Below are positions 19,100 through 32,686 of a DNA stretch of 64,000 bases, in pieces. Under the pieces are notes generated by a model, which was not told the origin of the DNA, did no database searches, and was given only the letters and a program-made list of their open reading frames with translations. This DNA comes from Podarcis muralis. Taxonomy: Eukaryota. A program made the position numbers and the translations under genes. Each line of letters starts with the position of its first letter. The stretch's first letter is position 1. The stretch covers positions 44,950,001 through 45,014,000 of the forward strand of contig NC_135661.1 of NCBI RefSeq assembly GCF_964188315.1. The letters are read 5' to 3'.

Positions 19100-19900
19100 T
19101 CCCGATAGCAACCTTCACTTGCTGCTTCTGGTCGACTAAAGGGAAGAGCCGCTCTGTCCGGCTCTGTCTCTATGGCGTCTGCCGATTGTCGCCCCACGTG
19201 GCCCGCTGGGAGCCGGAAGTGCCGCTAAGGCACGGCGGGAGGCAAACCGGCTCTGATTTTCCCCGAGCGAGAGCACCTCTTAGCGTGTGCAGAGCGCCTC
19301 CTTAGATCCCGGCGCTCCCAGAGAGGAGCGGGGCACCGTCGCCACAGAGCTCTTCCGTCTTGCTCCCGGCGGCCTCCGCCGGTTCTTGACTTCCTGGCCG
19401 GTAGCAGCTTCTGCCTGGTGGGTCCTGGGGAGGGTCGGTGCCTGTTCCGACAAGGCTCTTAGCGGGGATGCTCGGCCGGGCAGGGGAGGCAGGAGGAGCC
19501 CGCCTCGTGCTGCGGCAGGTCTGGGACTGCTGCCCGCACCACAATCCCCGGCGGCGGCTGGGAGTCGGAGCCCCGCACCCTCCGGAGGTCCCCGGTAGGG
19601 AGTGAGGCAGATCTCGCCGCCCCAAAGGATGTGGACCGCCGACGAGGTGGCCGCCCTGTGCTACAGCCACTACGAGGCCCGGCTGCCTAAGCAAGGGAAG
19701 CCGGCGGCTGGTCGAGAGTGGACTCTGCTGGCGGCGGTACTGCAGGTGGAGAGCGCAGGTGAGGCTTGGAGAGGACCAGGTGGGCTCTGGCTTCTGCGGC
19801 GGGAGGAGGCGCCTTGACCAAAGGGGGCGCCTTAAAGGGAAACCCAGCGAGGGCCTTTCGTTTTCTGGTGTTGGTGTCCCAGCTTTCTGTGGCCGTTCTT
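19100..19900 (+). promoter_or_regulatory. ADAT1 CpG-island promoter
   Basis: CpG-rich stretch around the ADAT1 ATG; ETS-type CCGGAAGTG at about 19213. Confidence 0.7.
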
Positions 19901-22900
19901 GATTATTAAGCATCCCAGCCTATTTCCATGGCTCTGTCTGATGCACCGATATGCCTTGCAGGGGTAGCTGTGCTGCTGGATATAACCGAGGAGGCTGCTG
20001 CTGCCTTCAGCTCCTCCTAGCAGAACTTGGTTGCCCCAAGTGAGTCACCCTAGTTGTGTCCCTGGCTTATGTGGCAGATCGCCTCCCCCCTGACTGGAGA
20101 GGATGGCATACTTGGGGGGAAGAGTTCCATTTGGGATTAGGGTGTTGATTCCAATGCTTCAAGAGCTTCTGGTCTGTTTCAGAACACTTGTGCCAGTTAC
20201 TGCCATTAAAGCTTTCAGTGGATTAGGACCTGTTTACTTTATCCCATATAAATATCAACCCCCCCCCCAGCACTAAGACTTTCAGGAGAGGGGTTTCACT
20301 GTCCACCCCCTCCGGCCCCTGCAAAAAATAAGTGAGCCTCTGTGATTCTGTGAAGCCTCTGTGATTCTGTGAAGCCAGGGTGTTTGGATCTAGAATAAAG
20401 AAGAGAGACAAGAGCTGTGGGTGATTTGGTATCTTCCCTAAAGGGGATCAGGGGATTGCACTCAGTGGCAGCACCCAGGCTCTGGAACTCCCTTCCCAGG
20501 GAGGCTGGGTAGGCTCTCCCATTGTGCCTCCAACCCTGCGGAATAACAAGAAATAACTTTCATGGGACCATCATCTATTGGGACTTAAGAAGTGCGTGTG
20601 TGAAATGGGGGTAAGACACTGCAGAGGCAACTGCAGAACTGCCGTTGATCAGCCTTGCTGCTCCTGAGCCTGGCTTTGTATGGGTGAAGCCCAACCCAAA
20701 ATTTTCTCTACCCTGCTGCGGACATTGTCTGTCCCTTTTCCAACTACCAATATTTCCCCCCTCAGAAATAAAGGCGATTGTTGCCATGGGAACTGGAACG
20801 AAATGCATTGGGCAGTCAGAAATGAGGAAGACTGGTAAGCAGCCCCCTTCCCACCTGCTGGAGCCCACTGAGCTAGGTCCCCCCTCCTCACAAGCCCCTT
20901 GGAATGGAGCAAGGGCAGCTGCACACTGGTGTGGCTACATGCTTGGCTTCCTCCTGGAGAGGAACCGTGTCAGGCTTACTCTGTTGGTTTTGGTGGTGGT
21001 GCTTCTACAGGAGACATCCTCAATGACAGTCATGCCGAAGTGGTGGCCAAGAGGAGCTTCCAGAGGTGAGCAATGAGCTTGAGGGTGGACCAGGGGGCGG
21101 GGGTTGGAAGATTCCCTGGAATGGGCAGCTTCTTTGGGGGCCTGCTTATTCCAGCTCTGTGGCCCTTTAAGCCAGCTAAACTTTGCACTTTTCCTACCTG
21201 CAATGCATCTGAGAAAAGAGCAGGACCTGCTTGAATTGGCTGATCAATTATTTTAAGAATTTGTAAACTGTATACAAATTACAAAGCAAAGTCAAGAACA
21301 CAAAGTCAACCAAAATTAAAAGCTGCAGAAATAGAATGGACTAATTGAGGAAAGCTTGTGGGGGGAAATAAGTTTTCAATGGACATAAAAAAGTGTTTCT
21401 GTCTGGCAGATTCATCTCATCCAACAGTGCCTGCAGGTGTGTTCCCACCACCATCTCAATCACCCTTCCAAAATAGGGGGATTGGCAACTCGGGGATAGT
21501 CGTCAAGAACCAGAGTAGACCATCTCTGCTGAGTATCTGGACCATCTTCCAGACACATCCTGGACCATCTTCCAGATACATCCCAATGACAGAGTCCAAC
21601 AGTATGCTAGCAAACATTCACCCACTTAATGATATAAGCCTGCATTCTAGGGTAGCAGCTCACCCTGCCTAGGTTGTCCTCCCCTAACTTAAGCTTTCAT
21701 CAGAAGATAGATTAGTCATACACACCCTCCCCATAGGAATGCTTCTCTCACCAAGGAGTGCCCTCTAACATCAGGTTCTTGCAGAACTCTCATAAATGCA
21801 AATTAAAACACACAAATGAAGTGGCAGTTTTTCTCAGCAGTCCCAGGGAGGATCGCATTAGATTCAGGTGCCCCCAGAAGGGGTACTGCTGGTGATGTCT
21901 CTTGTAAAGTAACTGTCCTCTTGCCCCCAGGTACCTCCTTCACCAGCTGTGGCTGGCAGCTGTGTGCCAAGAGCCCAGCATCTTCCATCCAGGAATGGAG
22001 GAAGGGAAGTGGATTCTCAAACCACACATCACCTTTATTTTTTTCTCCAGCCACACACCTTGTGAGTATGTGAGAACAGCTCTTTTGGTTGGGTGAATCT
22101 CTCCCCTGCCCTTGGTGGCCTCCCTTGGAGCAGGGTGGTAGTCTGATGTGGCTGTGCTGCATTGGTGGAGGTGGAGGGGGTAAGTTCCTGCAGTGAAATT
22201 GTGAAAGAACCTGGCTGCCAAATAGCCCAGCATATCACTGAGCTACTGGGCTTGGATATAAAGGTAACTGAAACTCACTGTGGGTAAGCTATAAAAAGGG
22301 TGAATGCTACACTATGCATTGTTAGGAAAGGGATTGAAAATAAACGGCCAGTATCTTAATGCCATTATACAAATTAATGAGGAGAGCATGCTTGGAAGAC
22401 TGTACAGCTGTGGTTGCCTCACCCCAAAAGAGAATGGGTTCTCTGCTCCAGGGAATTTTTCCTCTGTGGGAGAGAGCCCCTGCTTGTCTTTGTCTTCTAA
22501 GAGCCCACCCCCCATTTCTTCTAGGTGGGGATGCTTCAATTATCCCAGTCTTGGAAGTGGAAGTGCAGCCTTGCCAGCCCCTGAAGCCATCAAAGGCAGC
22601 TAAGAGGGGCATCAGTGACTGTGGGCCTCTGGCAGCTGAAAGGGAGTCTGAAGAGATGGCAGCTGACCATTTCCCCAAGAGACAAAAAGTCTGTGGTGCT
22701 GAGCTCCCTGCCGAGGACCGTGTAGGAACCAAAGTGGTGGATGTCCACAGAACTGGGGCCAAGTGTGTCCCGGGAGAGGCAGGGGATTCCCAGCGGCCAG
22801 GTGGCGACTACCACACCGTGGGGCTTCTACGGATCAAGCCAGGCCGTGGGGCCCAGACAGCCTCCATGTCTTGCAGCGATAAGCTGTTGCGCTGGAATGT

Positions 22901-25900
22901 CCTTGGTTGCCAGGGAGCCCTCCTGATGCATTTCCTCCAGCAGCCCATCTACTTTTCAGCCTTGGTTGTGGGCCGTTGTCCCTACAGCCAGGAGGCCCTG
23001 CAGAGGGCCATCGTTGCAAGGTGAGCAAGTTGTGAGGATGGTATTAGCCAGGTGGGTGGAGCAGCCCATTGCAGTTACTTCTGGGGATCATGCTTGTTTC
23101 CTTATTCCAAACACTGGATCGTGCCATGTTGCTGAACGGTGGTTGTGCTCTTCTGTCCCCCAGGGGTCTGCCTGTTTTGTGTTTGCCGGATGGCTTCCAA
23201 GTTCAGGAGGTGGAAATCCTGCAGTCCCAGCTGGGCTTCATCCACAGCCGTGAAGCCGTCCAAGCCAACCATGCTCTGCGCCAAGGGAAGGTGGTGCCCT
23301 GCGGGGCAGGTGGGTGTCTTCAAGGGTGTTTATGAGGGTGCTTGGGCTTTTCGCTCCCCTTCCCTTGATTGGAGGTGGTGGCAGAGAGACCCTGCTGTGG
23401 GAATTGTTATTGTTTGTATGCATTACCAGAGCTATAAAAGTCTGAGGGCAATTCCAACGTTGCCATCTAACCAAAGAGACCAACTTGCATTGTGGGGGTT
23501 GGACTAGATGACCCTTGGGGTCTCTTCCAACTCTAAAATTGTATGAGAAGGAAACTTGGAGGTGGGGGTAGAGTGGGGAGCAATAGCTTTCCTTCTGGAA
23601 GTTCCCTGGGTATTTTGGCTGACTTGATGGATAAACAGATATTATCGGCAGAGCAAATAAACATTACTGATAAAATTGCAGTTTGTAATAATAGAAAGCA
23701 ATGCTGGCTGCACTGGAGGGAATAAAATCACCAGGTAAGAGAAAGGGAAAGGAGGGAAAGGAGAGGCAGCAGCTAACCAATGTGTGCGCATTTGGTGTCA
23801 GCGCATACCTGGGCCACCGCCACCTTCTCAGGGATATGGCCAAAGCACTTGTTGAGATGGCTGGTTATGAGCTGGGGGTTTTAAGGGAGGGGGAAAGATG
23901 CCATTGTGTTACTGCCTAGCGATAGAGTTGCAGGCATTGGGGCAGCAAAAGGCGAAGCTAGTGATCCACAGCTGGTAACAGTGGTAGGAGCAAAGGCCAC
24001 TGTCTGTTGGGCTGCCTGCAAAAGGATAATCATCTGAGTTGGGGGCTTTACGAGATGGCACTTAGTATTTCCCAACGCATATTTTGTGGCAAGTGACTCC
24101 TCCTTCCTCTCTTTCCTCCCAGCTATCAGCTGGAGTGCTGTTCCAGAGCACCCACTCGATGTCACTTCACATGGCTTCAAGCAGGGGTCAACCAAGAAAG
24201 TGATTGGAAGCCCAAAGTCCAGGTGTGTGTCACAGGTGGCAGGAGCCACAGCTAGGTAGTGGGGTGTGTGTGAGAGAGAGGCAGATGCAGTCCTTTGGAT
24301 GATTTCTGTGTGTGCGCTGAGTGAGCCAGACTTGTTGAATTTCAGAGAAGAGGTGAGTCTCAAACCACAAGAGCCCGACTCTTTCAATTGACTTCATTCT
24401 GTACCACCCCCAACCTGCTTCTTCTGAACTGGTTTCATGGCAGACATTTTGTCTGGTTTTTAATTTCCTTACCGTTAGTGATAAATGCTTCAGGTCAGTT
24501 GCTTGGTCTTGCTATAGGAACGTAAGAAAAGCCCTAGAGCTGGGTTAGGCCAAAGATGGCCCATCTAGCCCTGTGTCCTCACAGTGGCCAACCAGATGCC
24601 ATAAAGGGAAGCCTAAAAGTTGGATCCAAGCACAAACAGAGCATTTTCCCACTCAGGATCCCACCAGCGACTGGTAATCAGAGGCATGTCACCATCTTGC
24701 TAGTAGCTTATACGCCATCAACATGCCTCCCACTGTTGAAAGTCATTGTGGCCAAGTGGGCTGTGAAGCATTCTCCTTATGTGTGTGTGTGTCTAAATGT
24801 TGGGATCAAGCAACAGAACTGACACACTTAACATACATTAAATGAAAAATAATGCCTGAGACACACAGTTTACATGAGCGGCAAATGAACACGGAGGGTG
24901 GCCCAAATTGGTTGGAATCACCCTGGAAAGAAATCTCTGCCACAGTGTGGAGCCGGAGCCTGAAGTGTTGCAGCTGTAATCGTAACAGTACCAGCTGCAT
25001 AGACAATGAGACCATTTATTACTGGGCAGCTTCTAAGGAAATGGGGAAGGAGGCTTGGCATCTCAAGGAAAGTTTTTAGTCAGCAGCTGATCAGCTTACA
25101 GCCTCCCAGGAGACAAAGATCCTCTGAGGAGAAGAGGGTGGACAGTTGTCACTGCAGGGTGAGGGGAGGTGTCGGAGTGTAGCACTTTGGCCCTACAAGG
25201 ATCTATACTGGGAGTGGCGAAATAACCTTGAGAGATGGTGATGATTAATGAGGGAGTGAGAGCGGTGTTTTCTTCAAATCTACTCAGGACAGTAGCATTC
25301 CAAGCAAGACACGTGTGCGCGTAGGAACCAGGCAACAGAGTTGGCACGCTTAGCATACATGAAGTAGAAAATAATCCCCAAGACATACAATCTGTCCCAG
25401 GGGGCTGAGTTACCTGCAGTCATCCTAGAAGGGAATCTCGGCCCCAGTGAAAAGGGGCATGTGTGTTGCTAAGGGCCAGAGTAATTTCATTACAGGCTTG
25501 TTGACAGGCTTGAGGCAGGCTGATCATATAACACTTGGCATAGCTGCAGCGGCTGCTGGCACATTTCAAAGTGCTGGTTTTAGCCTGGAAGGTCCTTTAT
25601 GGCTCAGGATCCCAATATCCTTCAGAACTCCTTTCTCAATACAAACTTTCCAGACCCTTTGGCCTTCACCTGTAGGTGGCAACAAGGGCAAGGTTTTTTG
25701 GGGGGGCTTCTCCATCTATGGAGGTCTGTCCTGGCACCATCATTAAAATCCTTTTGACACCAGGTTAAAAAGGCTTCTCCTAGGCTTTTGATGGATTGTG
25801 ACAAGCTGGTTGAACGCCTGTTGAATGAAAAATTATTGTTGCTGAAGCTTTCGTTGTTGCTTTTCTGCTGGGTTTGTTTGTAGATTATTGGAATTGTTTT

Positions 25901-28780
25901 ATAATTTTTCTTTTTGGCTTTTAATCTTTCCTTAAGTTGCTTAGATACTTTTTTGGTAGTAGATGAAAAATAAGTCACTTAACTAATTATATTAATAATG
26001 ACATGTAAAAGAATCAAGAATCAATACCATGTTCAGTTTTGGCAGCCCGACGTGAGAAAGCGTAGTCAGAAATGGGAGTTTTATGAGGCAGGATAGCTGC
26101 AACTCCTGGATTTTAGACATAAACATTGTTGAGAAGCAAGTGGGAAATACGACCCAGTGTGTTGTAGTGGGCACAGCCTTGGACTAAGACTTGGGAGACT
26201 ATGGTGATGATGATATACCAACACAGGGCACTTTACAACATAAAAACAAAAAAATACATAACTTAACAAACAAACATTAAAAGGCCATGGGTGGTTTAAT
26301 TAAACAAAGGCCTGGAAGAAGAGGACTGGTTTTGCATGGGGCTTAAAGACATGTAACAAAGATATGTAACAAAGGCACCAGGTGAGCGTCCCTGGGGAGA
26401 GCATTCCACAAGCAGAGAGCCACCACAGAAAAAGCCCATTCTGGTGTGCCATCTCCCATCATCAACCACAAATCCACAGGCCCACCAGAATGAAGCTATG
26501 GAACCACTGGAGGCCAATGGACCACATTTTGGGAACCCCTGATGTACACCATCTTGAACTCCTTGGAATATAAATGTACTCATCTTCATCAGGATGCTAT
26601 TTGTGTACCTTTCCCAGTCATCTGATTTTGGGGAGGCGGGATGCTGTGCTAATTCAACAGATAAATCCAAGCAGTTTTAGTTACTTAAATTTCTCAATCC
26701 TTAGGCAGCATGCCTCTATTTTTTAAACGTTTTTTTAATATGACTATCATAAGAACTTGAGCCTCTTCTTACACTCACACAAGGAAAAAAGCCTTATTAT
26801 GGCAGATTCCCTCATAGATTGCCAATTGCACCAGTCTCCTTTGGGCATTAGGTGTTACGATTCCCTGTCAACCTGCAGATATCAATTTCTGAAAAAGCAG
26901 AGGTCTTGCAAGAAGCTTTTTTGCAGTGGCCTTTGGGGACAGAAACTTGACAAAGCAGCGCTTCAACCAACAAGCTGGCACCCTTGTCTCCTTTTGCAAT
27001 GAGACTTATGATCAGAATTAGGTCTTCTGTTGCCGATAGGTCTCAGATCTGCAAGGTGGAACTCTTTCATGCATTCCTGAAGCTGGCGGCCAGCATTCCA
27101 CAGGAAAAACTGCCAAAAACTCTCAGGTGAGGAATTTCCCACTGTCTTTTAACTGCTGCATGCTCTACTTCTCCGACAGCAGGAGGGCCCCATGTTCTCC
27201 CTGTACCACCATGGGGTTGGCAACTTTTTCCTTTGAAAGGTAAATTGGCCAATGGGAAAAGTGAGCCAGTGGACAGAGCTAAAGTCCAAAGCAGCTGGCA
27301 TTTGGAGGACTGCTGAGTTTGTTTAGCTCTTTCTCTCTCACCTTGTACTGCTCCATCCCTTTAGGCTGCCTGCAGCAAGCCTGTGAGCCACAGTTTTGAA
27401 ACTCAGTTCTATAGGGATTGTATCCTGTCTTTCTAATAGAAAACACTGTATCATTGTTCTTTCCCTCCTGTATGCTACCCACTTCCCGTTTAGCTGCATC
27501 TCCCTGTACTGAATGGCTTTCCCCTGCGGTGTCTTACAAACTTTGCATTAATGCTATGTTTGCTTTGGCTGTATTGAGGTTGCGTGCAGACACTTCCAGG
27601 GCCAGGCTCTCATCTTCCCTGTTCTGCCACACTCCTGCCAACACCTGCTTCTGCAGGCTGCCTAGATGTGCTGTGTGTACTAAGAGGAATGCTGGCCCCC
27701 ATGCTGCTTGCATAACTTCTCCTTCCTCAAACATATTTTGGGCTTTGCTTAGTTTTGCAATTTCCTGGGGTTTTGTTTGCACTTTGCCTGTTTCCTATCT
27801 CTCTGTACCCTTGAGGCAGAGACTGGTGCCCAGGCAGCTGGTTCTGATTTGACACGGTTGTCCCTCCCTGTGGGCAGGAGGGGGCAGTATTTCTATATTC
27901 AGGTAGCTTGGTCTTCTTCCTGCACACTTTGATGGGGCAGGAGCTGCTGAGGACAGTGGGCCTCTGCCCTGTTCATCTTGGGTGCTTAACTTCCCTTCTT
28001 GTTCAGCCACAGAGTGCCCAGAGAGGAGCAAAACCTGCCCTTCTTCAGCAAAGTTGCTGGCAAGAGCAGGGCTGGACATAGCTAAGTTGGTGTGCTGGAT
28101 ACAGTTGGTGTTTTGATACTCTATGGTGGGCAGCAGCTGCATGGCTTTAAAAATAAATAAAAAATGGTTACGTAATACACATTGGCTGAGTGCAAAGCTT
28201 TTGTTCTGGCCTCAGCCTGCCTCACAGCCTTTCAGATGTCCGCAGATATCCCCTCCCACAAAACGCAGCCAAAGCTGTCAACAGCCTACTCCACTCCCTG
28301 CAAAAACACCCAAGTTTCCTTTTATCCTGCTACCCTCCACCTTCAGCAACTTGCCAAGTAGGTGGTATGTGCACAAGCTGAGTGTCCCACTTTGTGGGTG
28401 TTCGTATGGCCTCCTCCGGGCCTCTCCCTTGCAAGGCAAACACAGGCAGAGCTGCTTGTGACCATTTCTACACCAAAACGTTTTATTGCAGCCCTTGGCC
28501 ATGAGGTTTTGGTGTGGCTGTTGAATGTTTGCTATTTGTTGGGCTAAGCATGGCCTGAGTGGTGATGATATCCTTTGTTTACAAAGAGCTGGGAGGAGGA
28601 AGCAAGGCAGGACAGTGACCTATCCAGGACTGTTTGTTTCTCCTCAGAGAGAAGAAATTAAAGACTTACTGGGAGTATAAGGAAGCAGCTGCCAGTTACC
28701 AAGAAGCCTGGAAAGCACTGCACAGCCAAGCTTTGGGCTGCTGGGTGAGGAACAGTCGTGATTACCTGCACTTCACGTGA
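19629..28780 (+). CDS. ADAT1: tRNA-specific adenosine deaminase 1 (A37), 9 coding exons, about 448 aa
   Basis: Exons 19629-19758, 20766-20834, 21011-21065, 21931-22061, 22525-23020, 23164-23309, 24123-24222, 27040-27126, 28648-28780; total 1347 nt, in frame. Motifs [40 protein letters not shown]. Confidence 0.96.
22290..22440 (+). mobile_element. CR1 LINE RT C-terminal fragment, degraded
   Basis: aggaaagggattgaaaataaa...gccagtatcttaatgccattatacaaa resembles CR1 [17 protein letters not shown]. Confidence 0.55.
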
Positions 28781-28990
28781 GAGGAGGAAGTTGCACTGTG
28801 ACACCTGGCTCAGAGGCAAGACTGCCTCACCTAGGGGGTGGGATGTTACTGGTCCCTCCTGTGACTGACAGGCATAGAGCTGCAATGATTTAAACTTGAA
28901 AGATAAATATTCTTGAAACTTATTTTTAAACCACCACGACTGCTACATACTTAGCCACCACCACCCTTTACATTTTAACAAAAGTGCATA

Positions 28991-29206
28991 CAGTGGTACC
29001 TCGGGTTACATATGCTTCAGGTTACAGACTCCGCTAACCCAGAAATAGTACCTCGGGTTAAGAACTTTGCTTCAGGATGAGAACAGAAATTGTGCTCCGG
29101 TGGCCCGGCGGCCCCATTAGCTAAAGTGGCACTTCAGGTTAAGAACAGTTTCAGGTTAAGAACAGACCTCCGGAACGAATTAAGTACTTAACCCGAGGTA
29201 CCACTG
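28991..29206. mobile_element. Tc1/mariner (Tigger-like) MITE, family 1
   Basis: TIR CAGTGGTACCTCGGGTTA / TAACCCGAGGTACCACTG with TA duplicated on both sides. Confidence 0.9.
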
Positions 29207-29502
29207 TACTAAAACAAGGTAGCAGCCCATGAACCCTGTTACATAATTGTCACAGCATGGTCTTTTCTGTTTTTGTCTTTCTGTAACTTGGGTGTGACTG
29301 AGGTTATCAAGTCAGGCTGAGATTGCAAACAGCTCTTTGCAAATCTATTGTTAATTAACTGTAGTAGACAAAAAGTGGGATCTCCAATTGTGTAATGTTT
29401 GCAGTTCTGGTGCTCGATATGAATAATTTTAATTTGTATACTCATTTTAAGAAGTTATTATTTAGGCTTTTGTTGACAGAAATTTTAGAAACTTATTAAG
29501 TA

Positions 29503-29689
29503 CAGTAAGCCTGCAACTTATGCACATTTAACTTGTGTGCATTCAGCTTTATGCACTTTGCAATAAATAAATAAAAAGACTTTGGCAATCCCACCCACTG
29601 TTGCACCCAATGTGTTTTGATTGTACAGGATTTTTGGCTTTAGGTGTGATTCCTGGAACGTAACCCCAGCATAAATTGCGGTCTTACTG
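29503..29689. mobile_element. Tc1/mariner MITE, family 2 (older)
   Basis: TA|CAGTAAGCCTGCAACTTATGC ... GCATAAATTGCGGTCTTACTG|TA, imperfect TIRs. Confidence 0.75.
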
Positions 29690-29946
29690 TACAGGACAGA
29701 TTGAAAGTGACTGTTGCATGCTGGTTATTTGAACTGGTTGGAGCTCAAACATAAATGCTTAGAGCAGGGGTCATCAATGTGCCCTCAGCTGTTGCTGGAC
29801 CAATCCAGTCATCCTTTACCACTGACCATGTAGTAGTGCAACAATCTGGAGGGTCCCATGTTTGTTTTCTCTGGCTCAAGAGCCTAGTGCTGTTAAAATA
29901 AGCCATTTAGGAGTTGTTCTACTGAAGCAAGCTAGGCTACTTTGTA

Positions 29947-30177
29947 CAGTGGTGCCCCGCAAGACGAAATTAATTCGTTCCGCAAGTTTTGTCGTCTAGC
30001 GAATTTTTCGTCTTGCGAATTATTATTTAGACAAAGGAAACAAAGTCGCGAGACGTTTTCGTCTTGCGAAGCAAGCCCATAGGGAAATTTGTCTTGCGAG
30101 GCAACTCGAAAACGGAAAAACCTTTCGTCTAGCGAGTTTTTTGTCTTGCGAGGCATTCGTCTTGCGAGGTACCACTG
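29947..30177. mobile_element. Tc1/mariner MITE, family 3
   Basis: TA|CAGTGGTGCCCCGCAAGACGAA ... TTCGTCTTGCGAGGTACCACTG|TA; internal TCGTCTTGCGA motif repeated several times. Confidence 0.88.
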
Positions 30178-31072
30178 TATAGTAAACAATTCCATTTAGC
30201 TTTATCAGCTTTTAGAGAATTTTGAGGTCAGCACAGCAACTGTCTAAACTGGATTGTGAGGATGAATGCATTATTGAAAATGTATCCTGTGATAGCAATG
30301 GATTACACAGCTGTGTTTTAGTATGGCTCATAGAGGTGAGTGTAATTGATAGACCTGTGCAACAAAGGCACCAGGGGATGAACACCAAGGGGAGGAAGTC
30401 CATTGCTGTTGCAGGAAGGGGAAGGAGGCCAGCTCACTCCTCAAAGATTTAAAGAGCGGCCTGATTTTCTCATGAGTGCCAACATATTACTGCATAGGAT
30501 TATGGGGCCAGCCATCATTGTAAATGCAGCCTTGGGGGAGGTGAAGAATGTCACAGGGCATGTGAAACTTCCTCATGCCCATCCTGCTTATTCACTGAAA
30601 ACCTACGTAATTAATTGAGCCAATCTGCCATAGCTGGCTGCCTCTTTGTTAATTATAAACAAGGTACCCACCAAGCCAGATAGATGACTAATAACATGTG
30701 ATGTAATGCTACATCAGAGTTCATGACATCGTTAAGGTGTGCTTAGAACAGAACTGGCTACATCTGGCATCTACCTGCTTTTTGGATGTGGAGAGCAAAT
30801 ATGACCACCTCCATGACTGTAGCTGGATATATCTGTCTTTACTCTGAATACTATCAATACAACATGGTTATTGATTAGCCTTTGTCAGTCAAGAATTATA
30901 GCCAGAGCAAGCCTCATGCCTATTGTATACCTTGAAAGATACATCCATGTATCTTCCATTTTATTTCCAAATAAAATTGAAATAAGACTGTTCCATAACT
31001 GCCAAATAATTGGGCATGGGTAGCATTCAGCTGACAGCTGCAAAATGTTGTTACCTATTATTATTTTTAAAA

Positions 31073-31427
31073 GGGGGGAGGCGTGTGGCGCTGTGGGTTA
31101 AACCACAGAGCCTAGGACTTGCCGATCAGAAGGTTGGCAGTTCGAATCCCCGTGATGGGGTGAGCTCCCTTTGCTCGGTCCCTGCTCCTGCCAACCCAGC
31201 AGTTCAAAAGCACATCAAAGTGCAAGTAGATAAATAGGTACCGCTCCAGCGGGAAGGTAAACGGCGTTTCCGTGCGCTGCTCTGGTTCGCCAGAAGCGGC
31301 TTAGTCATGCTGACCACATGACCCGGAAGCTGTACACCGGCTCCCTTGGCCAATAAAGCAAGATGAGCACCGCAACCCCAGAGTTGGCCACGACTGGATC
31401 TAATGGTCAGGGGTCCCTTTACCTTTA
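31073..31427 (+). mobile_element. Sauria-type SINE
   Basis: tRNA-like head GTGGCGCTGTGGGTTAAACC...GTTCGAATCC; tail GTCAGGGGTCCCTTTACCTTTA. Confidence 0.9.
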
Positions 31428-32194
31428 TTATAAAAATAAGACTGTCCACCTCCACCACCGGTTGTTAAAGAAAGGAATGTCTCCAGGTATTAAATAATCC
31501 TACAAAGGAAAGTCCTGTCTGATCACTCTTCAAAGTCCCTCACCAAAAGCTCAAGGAAACTTATCTGGCTCCTAAAGAGGATAGGGTGAAGCAACTTATT
31601 GGAGGTCTTCTCACAGTCTGAGAAATGCCTAGATCTGCAAAAGCAGCTGCTTCAGTGCTCACAGCTTATACCAAAGGACAGGCTCAGGATCACCCCTTGT
31701 AAAGCTTGACCTCGTAAGACTGTGTGTTAGAAAGTGAGGCTGAAGTAACATAGAACTGAAACATATTTGTGAGAGGAATTTTAATCAGTTTCCTCTAGCA
31801 AAATTCATCAAGAGGAAGACACTAGCCAAAATCAACATATTAGCATCTTGAGACTGTTTGTAACAATCTAGAAGCGCCCTTACTATGAAACTGTAATAAT
31901 TAATAATTAGTCAAACCTTCATTTCAAAATCCCCCTCCCCCCCTCACTTTAATCCCTCAACTACCTTGCTTCAGTATTTAAATAATGTCAGTATATGTGT
32001 CCCAGAGGAGAGAGACTGGAATTTACAGCTATGAGTACAATGTGCAATGGGGAAATAAAACTTTCATAAATTACCAGGCTAACAAAAATCTATCCATATA
32101 TTAAATCAACCCAGTGACAGATGCAGGATGTGCCCCGGGGTCATGATCACAAACAAGAGGCTATTTACAAGACACAAGAGGGAAGGAGATGCAA

Positions 32195-32629
32195 TCAGAT
32201 GCCAAAGGTGTTTTCTCCACTATAGGCCACATACAGGAAGCCATCCTCGTCCTTCTCCTTCTCGTAAAGCTGTCCCATTGTCAGGCTGAAGGTAAGAAGA
32301 CAAGACAGTGAGGAACTTGCTAGGGTATCAAAGAAGTCTACATAGCAACTAAGAGGGAATGCAAACTGAATGGAAGCCCAGGCAATTCTTTAAACAGGAC
32401 CTTTTCTACTTGTACCATGTGTGTCTGTAATGATTACTATAACCACTTGCAGCCTCTAGAATTTCTGGTAGCAGAATGTTATCAGAATATCCCTTAGCAA
32501 GAGAGGGGAAGGGATAGCACTCTGGAGGCAGAATGTGGAAGGCTACAGAACACATCTCTCTCTCATCCTGTGCTTTTGGTTGCCCATGATTTTATTGTTT
32601 CATCTGGTATTTTATCTTCTGGTGCTTAT

Positions 32630-32686
<57 letters not shown>

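Noticed and set aside
32195-32203. GABARAPL2 ends in Gly-Ile rather than the human Gly-Phe
   Set aside because: The residue after the conserved Gly is removed by ATG4, so this is unlikely to matter.
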